Notes under the pieces: model-generated | Told to the model about the DNA's origin: nothing | Databases searched by the model: none | Seen by the model: the letters and a program-made list of their open reading frames with translations, nothing else | Part shown: positions 28,914 through 38,381 of the stretch, piece after piece | Numbering within the stretch: the first letter of the stretch is position 1 | Layout of the letters: each line of letters begins with the position of its first letter | Translations under genes and position numbers: made by a program | Source of the DNA: a virus | Taxonomy: Duplodnaviria; Caudoviricetes | Length of the DNA: 64,000 nt | Direction: 5' to 3' (one strand) | IMG/VR virus record: IMGVR_UViG_3300031555_003626 | Location: 64,001 to 128,000 of that record

Positions 28914-29398
28914 ACTACAATGTAATTAGACAATTGGACATTGCTAACGGACCTGGCTGTAGGGTATCCCTGTTTGTTCAGGGATGCACCTTCAACTGCC
29001 CGGGCTGCTTTAACACAGTCGCTAGAGACTTTGAAGGTGGTAAGGAGTTCACGGATCAAACCATGGACCTTCTTCTAGAACTCGCTAAGCCAGATCACAT
29101 TAGCGGACTGAGTATCCTAGGTGGTGAACCACTACATCCTAGAAACAGAACAGACGTTCTAGACCTAGTAAAGAAGTTTAAGGAAGTGTATCCCAATAAA
29201 ACTGTCTGGATCTGGACCGGCTATCTTTGGGAAGAAGTAGCTGATGACATTATTGGATCCGGGGTTGATGTAGTCGTAGATGGTAAGTTTGTAGAAGAGC
29301 TTAAGGACCTCAGGCTAAAGTATCGCGGCTCTTCGAACCAAAGAGTTATAGATGTTCAGACTTCCCTTAAAAATGATAATATAACATTATATGAATAA
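28910..29398 (+). CDS. nrdG: Anaerobic RNR activase (radical SAM)
   Basis: NGPGCRVSLFVQGCTFNCPGCFN, LGGEP, RGSSNQR. Confidence 0.96.
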   Translation: MNYNVIRQLDIANGPGCRVSLFVQGCTFNCPGCFNTVARDFEGGKEFTDQTMDLLLELAKPDHISGLSILGGEPLHPRNRTDVLDLVKKFKEVYPNKTVWIWTGYLWEEVADDIIGSGVDVVVDGKFVEELKDLRLKYRGSSNQRVIDVQTSLKNDNITLYE

Positions 29399-29545
29399 AA
29401 AGACATAACGTTTGCTACAATTGACAAAATCCGACATTTTGTTTAATTTAACAAACGTTATTTTTTATTATTAGGCTATTTACAAATATTACCAACTATG
29501 TTATTATTAACTTATCAACTTAATAATTCATTAGGAGGCAGCATT

Positions 29546-29896
29546 ATGAGTATAGTAAAGGACTTATTAACTAAGGAAGAACAAAGGTCAGTACATAGAA
29601 TGTTAGAGATTCTACCGGAGGATGCTCCATTGTGTTATGAAGTGTGGGCTATTGGATACTATAATAGAAGAGTAACTGATAATACTTTCTTACTTAGAGT
29701 TTTTACAGACCCTGAAGATGCTATAGAGTATGCGAAGACTGAAGCACCACAGGAACTCAGGCGGATTCTACTTGAAGCTGACCTTACTGAGTTTAATGCT
29801 GTCGCCCTTGAGGTTGAGACAGTTATTGATGATAATGAAGAAGGCACCATAAATATATGTACTTTATATAAAAAGATGTTTATTATTAAATCCTAA
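29546..29896 (+). CDS. Hypothetical protein, paralog of 31256..31849
   Basis: YEVWAIGY...EVETV...EGTIN; AGGAGG RBS. Confidence 0.7.
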   Translation: MSIVKDLLTKEEQRSVHRMLEILPEDAPLCYEVWAIGYYNRRVTDNTFLLRVFTDPEDAIEYAKTEAPQELRRILLEADLTEFNAVALEVETVIDDNEEGTINICTLYKKMFIIKS

Positions 29897-29924
29897 CAGA
29901 AAATGTTAGGATTTTTTCTTTATC

Positions 29925-29981
29925 TTTGGTAGTTTTGTCAGTTTACAAATTTAATAAAATATGTTATAATATAAATGTAAG
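29925..29981 (+). promoter_or_regulatory. Sigma-A-type early promoter with upstream TTYGNNN-NN-TTYGTCR element (also 32017, 36910, 40422, 41090, 46911)
   Basis: TTTAC(A/T)-N17-TATAAT with TG extension and a shared downstream TGTAAG. Confidence 0.8.
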
Positions 29982-30002
29982 AAACCTAAGGAGAAATTTA
30001 AA

Positions 30003-30320
30003 ATGAAAACTTGTTTTATTATCTATGAGGATTACGACAGCGGTGAAAACTTTCTTATTCACTGGGTGGGTCAGCATTCGTCTGTGGCTCAGATAACTTT
30101 TCACAACAAAGTTCAGGAGTTCTTTGACCGTGAGCCTGATGATGTATCTAATATTTATTTGGCCAGCCTGATGAATATCTCAGATGCAGATTACAGTCTA
30201 ATCTGTAGACTTGTTGAAGCTGAGCTCTCTGATGATGGAATCGAGTGGCTTAATGAGCTTCTGACCAGTGAATCGCCTAACTATATTTGTTTAGATGTAC
30301 GTAATGGCTTGGATAGCTGA
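30003..30320 (+). CDS. Hypothetical protein
   Basis: AAGGAG RBS after promoter. Confidence 0.7.
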   Translation: MKTCFIIYEDYDSGENFLIHWVGQHSSVAQITFHNKVQEFFDREPDDVSNIYLASLMNISDADYSLICRLVEAELSDDGIEWLNELLTSESPNYICLDVRNGLDS

Positions 30321-30334
30321 GGAGGATAAGGCCA

Positions 30335-30517
30335 ATGAAACAGAAGACACATATAATTAAAATGAAGAAACCTGATAATATCATTACTGTTAATGTTGAT
30401 ATTATGTCTGTTCCTAACCCGGACAGAAAATATTCGAGACTTAGAAATAAGGCTCAGGTCTTTGATGACCGCAGATACCGCAAACCCAAATATAAGAAAA
30501 ACTACTTGGAGGATTAA
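30335..30517 (+). CDS. Small basic hypothetical protein
   Basis: GGAGG RBS. Confidence 0.55.
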   Translation: MKQKTHIIKMKKPDNIITVNVDIMSVPNPDRKYSRLRNKAQVFDDRRYRKPKYKKNYLED

Positions 30518-30519
30518 CT

Positions 30520-30819
30520 GTGATTACATATAAGATTCATCAGATTAAGGACATAGCAAATACAGACTACGCTTTCCGTGGCTGGGATCCTAAGAAGTTT
30601 AACTTCTCAGATTATGAGTGCCGCTACGAAGGCGAGTTCACCGATGACACGAAGACAGCTACCGAAATTTGCGAGGTTATCTTCTATCTATTTAATATGT
30701 GTCGCCCGAAAGACTTTAACGGACATTCCCTCTCGATGAGTGATATTATCGAGATTGATACTGGCGTAAGTCAGAGACTCTATTATTGTGATATGTGCGG
30801 CTGGCAACGAATTAAATAA
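30520..30819 (+). CDS. YodL-like domain protein
   Basis: Y.IHQ..DYAFRG..Y...YEG..FN..RPKDFNGHSLSMSDII..YYCD..GW. Confidence 0.8.
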   Translation: MITYKIHQIKDIANTDYAFRGWDPKKFNFSDYECRYEGEFTDDTKTATEICEVIFYLFNMCRPKDFNGHSLSMSDIIEIDTGVSQRLYYCDMCGWQRIK

Positions 30820-30935
30820 ATATCAATAATTTGTTTACAATTTGTTAGCACATTATATAATAAAACATGTTATAATAAATATAGTAAGTTCAATGAACAA
30901 ACTAATTACTTAAATTAAATTTTGGAGGAACTAAC

Positions 30936-31229
30936 ATGTACACACCTGAAACCCAGAAGAAAGTAGAAGACCACCTTCTCGCAACCCACGTTTCTAACAA
31001 CCCTGACTTTGAGTCTGCTTGTATGTCTGGCGACGGACTTCAGATAATGTCTATCGTCGAAGCTGAGATGGAAAAGAATAATATGTTTACTAAAGGCTCT
31101 AAGAAACTTCAGGCCGACATTATCAAAATGCTTCAGGGTCGGTCGAGAGTATCATCTTCAGTCGGACAGCGAGTTCTGATGTTTGTTTGGAACTCGAGAG
31201 CATCGGGTATTGGACTTGCAGTTAACTAA
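30936..31229 (+). CDS. Hypothetical protein
   Basis: GGAGG RBS, own promoter. Confidence 0.7.
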   Translation: MYTPETQKKVEDHLLATHVSNNPDFESACMSGDGLQIMSIVEAEMEKNNMFTKGSKKLQADIIKMLQGRSRVSSSVGQRVLMFVWNSRASGIGLAVN

Positions 31230-31255
31230 TTTAAATACTTTTGGAGGATAATAAA

Positions 31256-31849
31256 ATGAACATTAAGGAACTTTTTGAGAACGAAGAACTTATGGAGAAC
31301 ATCGTAGAGGACATTGAGGATATTCCTGAAGACACTAAGGTAACTTACGAAGTCTGGGCTCTCGGCTATACCTGTGCTGAAGAGATGACCGACGCTGAGA
31401 TTCTTGTAGGTGAGTTCGATGATCCGGATGCAGCAATCGCTTGTGCTGAGAAAGTTTCTTTCAAATCTCTGCGCGAAGCCGGTTATGAGGAGCCTGATGA
31501 AGAGACTGTCTATTTCTCTATAGAAGTAGAAACTGTAGTAGAAGACCCTGAAGATGAGGGTACTATAAATCTCGGTTCTGTTTATCAGAGAGAACTCTGG
31601 ATCGATAGAGAGTACGGTTCCGAAGAAGACGCCAATCCAGTAGTTGAGCTGACCAACTCTGACTACGTAGTTCTTGAAGATGACAACACACTTAAAGTAA
31701 GTTGTAAGCTTCTTAAGGATTTCAATAAGAACGATTACGTAAAGATTAAGTTCATTGATGAACCAGAGTCTTTTGTACTTACCTACAAAATATTCTCTAA
31801 GGTAGAATACAAAGATGGTGATTATTACCATCTCGAATTCATAGGTTAA
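31256..31849 (+). CDS. Acidic hypothetical protein, paralog of 29546..29896
   Basis: YEVWALGY...IEVETV...EGTIN. Confidence 0.75.
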   Translation: MNIKELFENEELMENIVEDIEDIPEDTKVTYEVWALGYTCAEEMTDAEILVGEFDDPDAAIACAEKVSFKSLREAGYEEPDEETVYFSIEVETVVEDPEDEGTINLGSVYQRELWIDREYGSEEDANPVVELTNSDYVVLEDDNTLKVSCKLLKDFNKNDYVKIKFIDEPESFVLTYKIFSKVEYKDGDYYHLEFIG

Positions 31850-31885
31850 GCATTTACAAAACTCTTCATTTAATATATAATAAGA

Positions 31886-31990
31886 GAGTGTTCCAAATAC
31901 ACAGCCCAACAGTGCACGGGAGAAGACACTAGCAAATCCTTATGTAACTTGTCCCCTGAATACGCAGCTTTCTCCTGTGCACACTACATA
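31886..31990 (+). ncRNA. Candidate small non-coding RNA
   Basis: TTTACA(31853)-N17-TATAAT(31876); no RBS or ORF; long closing stem GTGCACGGGAGAA/TTCTCCTGTGCAC. Confidence 0.55.
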
Positions 31991-32107
31991 AAAATAATTA
32001 AAATAATTTCGAAAACTTCGGTTGTTTTGTCAGTTTACAAATCGGCCTTTTTGTGATATAATAATATATGTAAGAAAAACACAATACATATTTCGGAGGA
32101 AAAGAAT

Positions 32108-32404
32108 ATGGAAAAACTTTATATTGTTTGTTGGGGCTCTGCTGGACAGGACGATGATGGAAACTCTAAGGCTTTTTGCGGAGTTCATGGAGTTTATACT
32201 TCTAAGTCTGACGCTCTCAAAGGTCTTGTAGAGTGTAAGGATGTTTGCTATGACGAGGTTGTTCAGTCTGACGACCCTGAAGAGCTTGAGTACAACAAGT
32301 CTCGTACCCGAGTATATGGCTCTGAAGCTGAAGAGTACTTCGAGATTGATTACGACTTCGCGGACATAACTAACGAACTTTATATCACTATTTCTGAACA
32401 GTAA
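32108..32404 (+). CDS. Hypothetical protein
   Basis: GGAGG RBS after early promoter. Confidence 0.7.
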   Translation: MEKLYIVCWGSAGQDDDGNSKAFCGVHGVYTSKSDALKGLVECKDVCYDEVVQSDDPEELEYNKSRTRVYGSEAEEYFEIDYDFADITNELYITISEQ

Positions 32405-32421
32405 TTTAGGAGGAATACATA

Positions 32422-33150
32422 ATGTTTTACCAGACCGGCATTGATATTACAAACGATAAGCAGATGTTCAATTTTCTTAAGGACCACTTCCGTTATGCAA
32501 CTATGAACTCTTGGAACGGAGTTTATTCTATTGCAAACAACGTAAAGGTACATAGACTCAACCTCAGCGGAGACTGCTGGACTGCTCTTAGTCTTCTTGA
32601 CAACGGAGAGTATGATACCCTTAACTGGATGATCAAAGATTGGGAGAGGGAGCATCCCGGTTATGTCGTCGGCTTCAACGGAAGAAGCGGCGGTTATCTT
32701 GTTCTTTATAATGCAGATAACCGTGGTGATGTTCTTCCTTGCTCTATAACTGATAATGATGATTATTCTCAATATAAAGAATGGTGTCGTTATTACGGAT
32801 ATACAGTAAAAGAAAATCGTTTTGAGCTTCAGATGTTCACTAAGCTTGTAAGAGACTTCGATAGACTCTGTGATGACCTTAGAGCTTATGTAGATGAGCT
32901 TTCTCAACTTAAGTTCGAAGTTGTTGAGATGGAAAAGTCGGTAGAAGATTTCAATGATACTTATGCTGAGGACCTTGTATACCTCGGCTTCAGCGAACTT
33001 GAAATGACTGACGCAGGCGAAGTAGACGTTTCTGAAATTTACCAACTGCAAAGCCTTGCTGAAGCTTTTCAGAGACTTGCTGACAGAACAGATACAGGTT
33101 ATCGACTTGCCTGCGATGATGAAATGAAAGTAAAGCTTGAACGGATTTAA
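32422..33150 (+). CDS. Phage hypothetical protein
   Basis: AGGAGG RBS; VGFNGRSGGYLVL motif. Confidence 0.7.
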   Translation: MFYQTGIDITNDKQMFNFLKDHFRYATMNSWNGVYSIANNVKVHRLNLSGDCWTALSLLDNGEYDTLNWMIKDWEREHPGYVVGFNGRSGGYLVLYNADNRGDVLPCSITDNDDYSQYKEWCRYYGYTVKENRFELQMFTKLVRDFDRLCDDLRAYVDELSQLKFEVVEMEKSVEDFNDTYAEDLVYLGFSELEMTDAGEVDVSEIYQLQSLAEAFQRLADRTDTGYRLACDDEMKVKLERI

Positions 33151-33207
33151 TTTACATATTAACTTAAACTACGACTAGATAAAAATTTGACAGGAGATAT
33201 ACTTGCT

Positions 33208-34065
33208 ATGCTACAAGAAACAAAAAGAGACCTGATAGATTATGCAAGAAAACTTAGCCAACCTTACGAGACTTATACTATCGACGAACTTGCCGACGCT
33301 TACTGCGATGCCTGTGATACTAACAATGAAACGCTTAAAGATATTTATATCTCGGCACTTATACTTCGTTTCTGGTACACTATTGATAAGATGTATAGAG
33401 CGAATACTGTAGCACCCTGCCTTGAGTACGAAGATTTCTTCTGGTGGCTCTACGAGGCAATCGAGTACGCTTGTAAGTACCGAGGCTGGAGAGATACAAC
33501 TAAGAAGCTTAATGCTCAACAGTGCATAAATAAGTGCATCGAGACCATAAAGCTTCAGAAGTATTATGACCTCAGACTTGATAAGAAGAAGGCAGTAAAC
33601 TTTTGTACGAGTTTGGATACGCCTATCTGCGGTGATTCTGATGATGAGGCAAAGACTCTCGGTGATATGCTTGAGGATGAAGATAGCTGCTATGATTCTA
33701 GCACTGACGATGCTATTACGCTCGTGCAGAGCTACATAAACCGTAATAAGATCATCGAAGCAATCCTGATTGACAACATAGCTTTTAATGATGTGCAAAA
33801 GCATTTTAAGAAAACTATAAAGACTACAAACGCTGACGGCGAGACTTACAGATATACCGAACACAGTTCTGAGTTCTGGCCCTATAAGCTGGTTCAGATA
33901 GTAAGTAAGCTTCCTGCTTCTTATAAGAAGTCTTTTAAGTCGCGTTACACTATCTCTGATGAAAAGCTTAATGCCGTTTTTGATGTAATAGATAAAGCTA
34001 ATAATCAGAAGCTTTATAAGTACCTGAAAAATTGTATTGCCGAGCTTAAGGTATCTTATGTATAA
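33208..34065 (+). CDS. Divergent sigma-70-family RNA polymerase sigma factor
   Basis: Region-2-like EYEDFFWWLYEAIEYACKY and region-3.2-like SLDTPICGDSDDEAKTLGDML. Confidence 0.55.
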   Translation: MLQETKRDLIDYARKLSQPYETYTIDELADAYCDACDTNNETLKDIYISALILRFWYTIDKMYRANTVAPCLEYEDFFWWLYEAIEYACKYRGWRDTTKKLNAQQCINKCIETIKLQKYYDLRLDKKKAVNFCTSLDTPICGDSDDEAKTLGDMLEDEDSCYDSSTDDAITLVQSYINRNKIIEAILIDNIAFNDVQKHFKKTIKTTNADGETYRYTEHSSEFWPYKLVQIVSKLPASYKKSFKSRYTISDEKLNAVFDVIDKANNQKLYKYLKNCIAELKVSYV

Positions 34066-34145
34066 AATTTTTAGGGGCTGGCCCATAACCGGTCCCTTCT
34101 TATTGTATAATATATTTAGAAAATGAAATTCGGAGGATTTCAAAA

Positions 34146-34847
34146 TTGTATCTTGATCTATTTGACGAACTAAGATTAAATAAAAGACTTGTAAGACTTG
34201 CCGGCTTTGAGGTCGCAGCTTACTGGGCAGAACTTCAGAGTATTCTTAAACAGGTAGTAAAGAAGCAGACCATGGATGAGAAAGGCTTCTTCCCGCTCGA
34301 TAGAGACTATGTGGAGAGGGAGACCACTCTCTCGGTTGCTAAGCAGCTTAAGTGTGATGAAAAGCTTCTGAGTCTCGGAGTGCTTCTTAAGGAACCGGAA
34401 GACCCTAATAAGATTGCTATCGCAGTAAACGGAATGGTTGCGGTAATCACAGATGAGGATACTACGAAGCTTAAGAAGTCTGGTAGAAAGACAGCAGATG
34501 ATAGAGCTGCAAAGGTCGCCGGGATCAAAGCGACTATGAAGAAAGCTATCTTAGAAGATGACCTCGAACTTCGAGCAGCTTATGAACGCTGGATCGATGG
34601 AATGATCGACGCACAGAACTGTAAGTTTACTAAAGCGGTAGTGCAGGTATTCGAGAAGACTATTACCGGATATACTACAGATAAAGCTCTGCGACTTAAG
34701 ATTATCGAGATTGCTACTACTAACAGCTATAAGGATGCTACTTGGGCAATCAATAGAATCTACAACCCCGGAAAGTTTACTCAGACAGCTGCGACTAAAC
34801 TTCCTGAGCAAAAGATTTGCACCGGTGTTTCTAATGACGTATTTTAA
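34146..34847 (+). CDS. Replication initiator / replisome organiser-like winged-helix protein
   Basis: GFFPLDRDYVERETTLSVAKQLKCDEKLLSLGVL resembles the N-terminal wHTH of phage Rep proteins; TTG start with GGAGG. Confidence 0.55.
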   Translation: MYLDLFDELRLNKRLVRLAGFEVAAYWAELQSILKQVVKKQTMDEKGFFPLDRDYVERETTLSVAKQLKCDEKLLSLGVLLKEPEDPNKIAIAVNGMVAVITDEDTTKLKKSGRKTADDRAAKVAGIKATMKKAILEDDLELRAAYERWIDGMIDAQNCKFTKAVVQVFEKTITGYTTDKALRLKIIEIATTNSYKDATWAINRIYNPGKFTQTAATKLPEQKICTGVSNDVF

Positions 34848-34860
34848 GGAGGACCTACTT

Positions 34861-35151
34861 ATGCCACCCAGAAAAAGAGAAGAATATATTTCGATAAAGC
34901 CTTGCCCTATTTGCGGAGAAGCACCTGAAAGAATTACCACAGACCTTAGACGACCTAATGGAGGTGGTTACCCCGGGCACTACCTTTATCGCTATGAGTG
35001 CCAGTGCTGTAAGCTACTTAAAGCAGAGGATACTGATGACATCTATCGCTCTAAAGAAGAAGCAATCAATAGAGCGAAGACCGACTGGAATACTAAGGTA
35101 GCTGAGGTTCAGGAGTACCTTTCTCGTCTTTACGTTCTGAAAACAATGTAA
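34861..35151 (+). CDS. Lar-like (restriction alleviation) Zn-ribbon protein
   Basis: IKPCPICG...CQCC...SKEEAI...WN. Confidence 0.55.
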   Translation: MPPRKREEYISIKPCPICGEAPERITTDLRRPNGGGYPGHYLYRYECQCCKLLKAEDTDDIYRSKEEAINRAKTDWNTKVAEVQEYLSRLYVLKTM

Positions 35152-35159
35152 TTTAATTA

Positions 35160-35213
35160 TTTACAATTTCGTAATAATTTCGTAACATCCTGTTAGTATT
35201 TATACGTTATAAT
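35160..35213 (+). promoter_or_regulatory. Promoter with four 11-bp-periodic TTTACA-like hexamers in place of a -35 (also 30823, 38069, 42242, 45559, 50110)
   Basis: First hexamer starts exactly 48 bp before TATAAT in all six copies. Confidence 0.7.
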
Positions 35214-35245
35214 ATATACGTAAGAAACAAACGGAGGATTTAAAA

Positions 35246-36167
35246 ATGGATAACGAACTTACTAAAATTCAGATCGTGCAGGACTTTGAAGAACTTGCTG
35301 AGCAGTATGACGGTGCAGCGAGTAACGAAAGACTTTGGGCGAAGGGTTCGCCCGATGCTGAGACTGCTCAAATGCATGAAGAAAATGCGGAGCATGCGGC
35401 TAAGATGGCAGAGATGTATCGCAGGATGGCAAAGTATCCTGAAGCTATTCTTAAACTGTTTGAGGAGGACTAATTATGCCGACTATTACCGGAATTACTT
35501 CTCGTGATCTGCACCGCGAGCTTCTCTACGAAGGTTATACTTCGAAAGTAGAGTGCACGAACTTCTGGGACTCTCACGGTAAGAGAATAGAGTACGAACC
35601 TACTCAGCATAAGTTCGACTCTCTGAAGAAGTTCGAAATTTGGAAAGTTGTCGGCGAGACTCATTATTCCACTCTTGACTACGTACATCAGTGGGAATAC
35701 TGGAAACTCTACATCGACGGCGAGCAACTTGACGTTGGTGAGATTATGAGCTATAAGGTGCTCAAAACAAAAATTAAACTTGATGTCTGTGTTGGTGCAG
35801 GCTAATTAACAATTAACAAATAGTACGGAGGACACATTTACAAATGATAAGATCAGAATTTTACGGACTTACTTCTGGAGACTGGAAGTGCACACACGTT
35901 GGCGTAGCGTCTATTACCGGCGCGTATAAGAAAAAGAAAGTGAACGGAAGAAGGGTAAGAAACCTTACCCCCGGACACCGGAATTACTACTACATATTCG
36001 AAAGACTCACTTCTGACGCGAAGGCAATGAAGATGATCCGACTCAATGCCCAGCAGGTCAGAAGAGTACGCGACGGTTGGTTTACCGTAGAAGAACTTGC
36101 TGATAAGAAGGCAGCGAAGCGTTCTCAGATCTTTAAGGAGAAAGTAAGCTACTGCTTCTGCGACTAA
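35246..36167 (+). CDS. Three small hypothetical proteins (35246-35473, 35476-35805, 35844-36167)
   Basis: Each has a GGAGG RBS; tightly packed. Confidence 0.65.
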
Positions 36168-36168
36168 T

Positions 36169-36867
36169 ATGAAAAAAGAAGAATTTCAGAAAATCATGGA
36201 TGCGCTCGCGGATCGCATAAGACTCTGCGAGCTTCATCTCGGTGATATACACACCACAGATGATCTCAGCCAACTTTCTTTGGTGAGAGCTGCTGACCTT
36301 AAAAGCTTTTGTGCAGCAGAAGAAGAGATTATGACTAAGATAGTCATGGTTGATCTCTATCACATTATCGGCATGGGACATCTTCTTCCCCCACAGATGA
36401 TGCAGTTTACTTATGCTATTCAAGAGTACCAGCAGTATCGCCCAACTATCAAAGCGATTAACAAAGGACTTGATAGTATTTTCAATCTTCCTAAGATTCC
36501 GGTAGAAACTCAGTTTAAGCTGCTCGGTCTCGGGGACCTTATCCTGACTTCTGGGGTTGGCGATCCTGTAGTAGACGACGCTTCAGTCGCGGATTACGAT
36601 CAGACAAAGCGAAATGCTCTTCTTCCTTTCGATCTTATGGGTAGACATATTATCGTAGACCTGAAGCAGTTCGATTACTTCCTTTCTCTGATGACTACTC
36701 TCTTTAAGTCTAACCTTTCTGCTGATAATCTTAGGAATAAGATGATCACCGGTAAGGAGTACCTTGGCATTGAGTGGACTTCTTATACCGGCGAGCAGGC
36801 TCACGGACTGATTAAGTCAGCAGAGTCTTTCGCAAAAATTTCTTCCTATTATAATAAAAGAGGTTAA
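36169..36867 (+). CDS. Hypothetical protein
   Basis: 232 aa, abuts the upstream ORF. Confidence 0.65.
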   Translation: MKKEEFQKIMDALADRIRLCELHLGDIHTTDDLSQLSLVRAADLKSFCAAEEEIMTKIVMVDLYHIIGMGHLLPPQMMQFTYAIQEYQQYRPTIKAINKGLDSIFNLPKIPVETQFKLLGLGDLILTSGVGDPVVDDASVADYDQTKRNALLPFDLMGRHIIVDLKQFDYFLSLMTTLFKSNLSADNLRNKMITGKEYLGIEWTSYTGEQAHGLIKSAESFAKISSYYNKRG

Positions 36868-36997
36868 CTGTGCAAAACCGACAGAATAATACGAAAAAAT
36901 TTTTTAAATTTCGTTTGTTTTGTCGGTTTACTTTTTGCCTAAAATATGTTATAATATATATGTAAGTAAATCAAACATACTTTGGAGGAAATTAAAA

Positions 36998-37379
36998 ATG
37001 AAAAACACTGTACACGTCGTTCTTAAGAATGGAGTTATCTGGGAAGCTTATGGAGATGGCGACGTAGACCTTGTAGTCTATGACCTCGATACTGATGATC
37101 CTGATATGAAGGCTGAGGTTGAGAGGGAGCTCTCGGTAGTAAGAGCAAAAGCAGATAATCACGAAATTGAAATATTCTAAGGAGGAAGTTATTATGATTA
37201 AGGTTGAAGGTTATAAAGCATTTCACGGCACTATGAAAATCGAACCTAAGAACGGACTCTCTGCTTTCTATGTCTGTGATGTGGACTGGCTCTACAAGCC
37301 TGACACTGATTGCTTGTACGGCAACGGACAGTCTTTCCCTGCTGAAATTTGTAAAGTAGAAGCTGAGTCTGTATATTAA
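36998..37379 (+). CDS. Two small hypothetical proteins (36998-37180, 37194-37379)
   Basis: GGAGG RBSs after early promoter. Confidence 0.65.
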
Positions 37380-37415
37380 GAAATATCAAATTATTTAAGT
37401 TGGAGGAAAAACAAA

Positions 37416-38066
37416 ATGACTAGAATTAATCTTGTAAAGTACGGTTTCATCAGATTCCCTGAGGAGGATTTCTCCGACGACGGCAACAGATTTACTTGCT
37501 ATCGTTTCTCTGATACTAATAGCCACATCTCGAAGCTCGTCGCAGACGGTCAGGCTTATCTTTCCGCTCATGTCTCTGGTCAGCTTCCTTATGAAGTTTA
37601 TTCTAAGCTTCCTAATTATCAGGCAGCTACTTGGAGCTATAACGGAATCTCTGTTGCCAGTCTGACTGATGAGATGCTTCAGGATTTCTTCCGAGCTTGT
37701 GTTCAGTACGAGAAAGAATATCAGGCAGCAGAAGCTTCTATCGAGTATCCTTCTGAGTGTGAGCTTCTTGCTAAGTGCATTAGAATTCAGAATAAGCTTA
37801 TTCTGGAAATGAGCGAGCTTGAAACCTTGATGGGTGATCATGCAGTTGAAGCAGCTACTAAGTTCTCTAAGTGGGAGTGGGAGCAACTTCAGAAGTATCT
37901 TACTTATATGCTTCAGGAGCTGAGCAAGTACAAGCCTGATGCCTTTATTCCCGATGTTCTCAGAACTGCCAGAAGTATTACTTTCCTCCAGAATAAAGAA
38001 GACACTGAGCCGACTTACTGGTATAAGTCTATTAAAGAAATGTTCCAGAAGTATTCGATTATTTAA
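37416..38066 (+). CDS. Hypothetical protein
   Basis: GGAGG RBS; DFSDDGNRFTCY. Confidence 0.7.
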   Translation: MTRINLVKYGFIRFPEEDFSDDGNRFTCYRFSDTNSHISKLVADGQAYLSAHVSGQLPYEVYSKLPNYQAATWSYNGISVASLTDEMLQDFFRACVQYEKEYQAAEASIEYPSECELLAKCIRIQNKLILEMSELETLMGDHAVEAATKFSKWEWEQLQKYLTYMLQELSKYKPDAFIPDVLRTARSITFLQNKEDTEPTYWYKSIKEMFQKYSII

Positions 38067-38153
38067 CGTTTACAATCTGTTCATAATTTAATAATATCTG
38101 GTTCATATTTATGTGTTATAATATATGTGTAAGAAACACTGGAGGTTATTACT

Positions 38154-38366
38154 ATGAAAATTACAAAAGCTGACATCACTAATGCAATCGCTCTGACGCC
38201 TGCTTCTCTTGACAAAGCAAACATCAGAGCGATGAGAAGTGCTTTCCTTGGGTTCTATACGCCTAAGGATGCTAACTGGTCTTGGGAACTTCATGCTATC
38301 TCAGTTGATGGTGTTCCTATGGTAGTTGCTTCTCGTTTCGGTTATATCGTCGCAGAAGGTAAGTAA
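38154..38366 (+). CDS. Small hypothetical protein
   Basis: GGAGGT RBS, upstream promoter. Confidence 0.6.
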   Translation: MKITKADITNAIALTPASLDKANIRAMRSAFLGFYTPKDANWSWELHAISVDGVPMVVASRFGYIVAEGK

Positions 38367-38381
38367 GGAGGAATACCTAAG

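Noticed and set aside
31912-31982. Retron msr-msd (a1/a2 inverted repeats)
   Set aside because: Enclosed region is too short and there is no reverse transcriptase nearby
32022-32231. Track ORFs starting inside promoters (32022, 36920, 29498 extensions; 20348 minus strand)
   Set aside because: They span promoter or low-complexity DNA; RBS-supported starts lie downstream or no gene is supported
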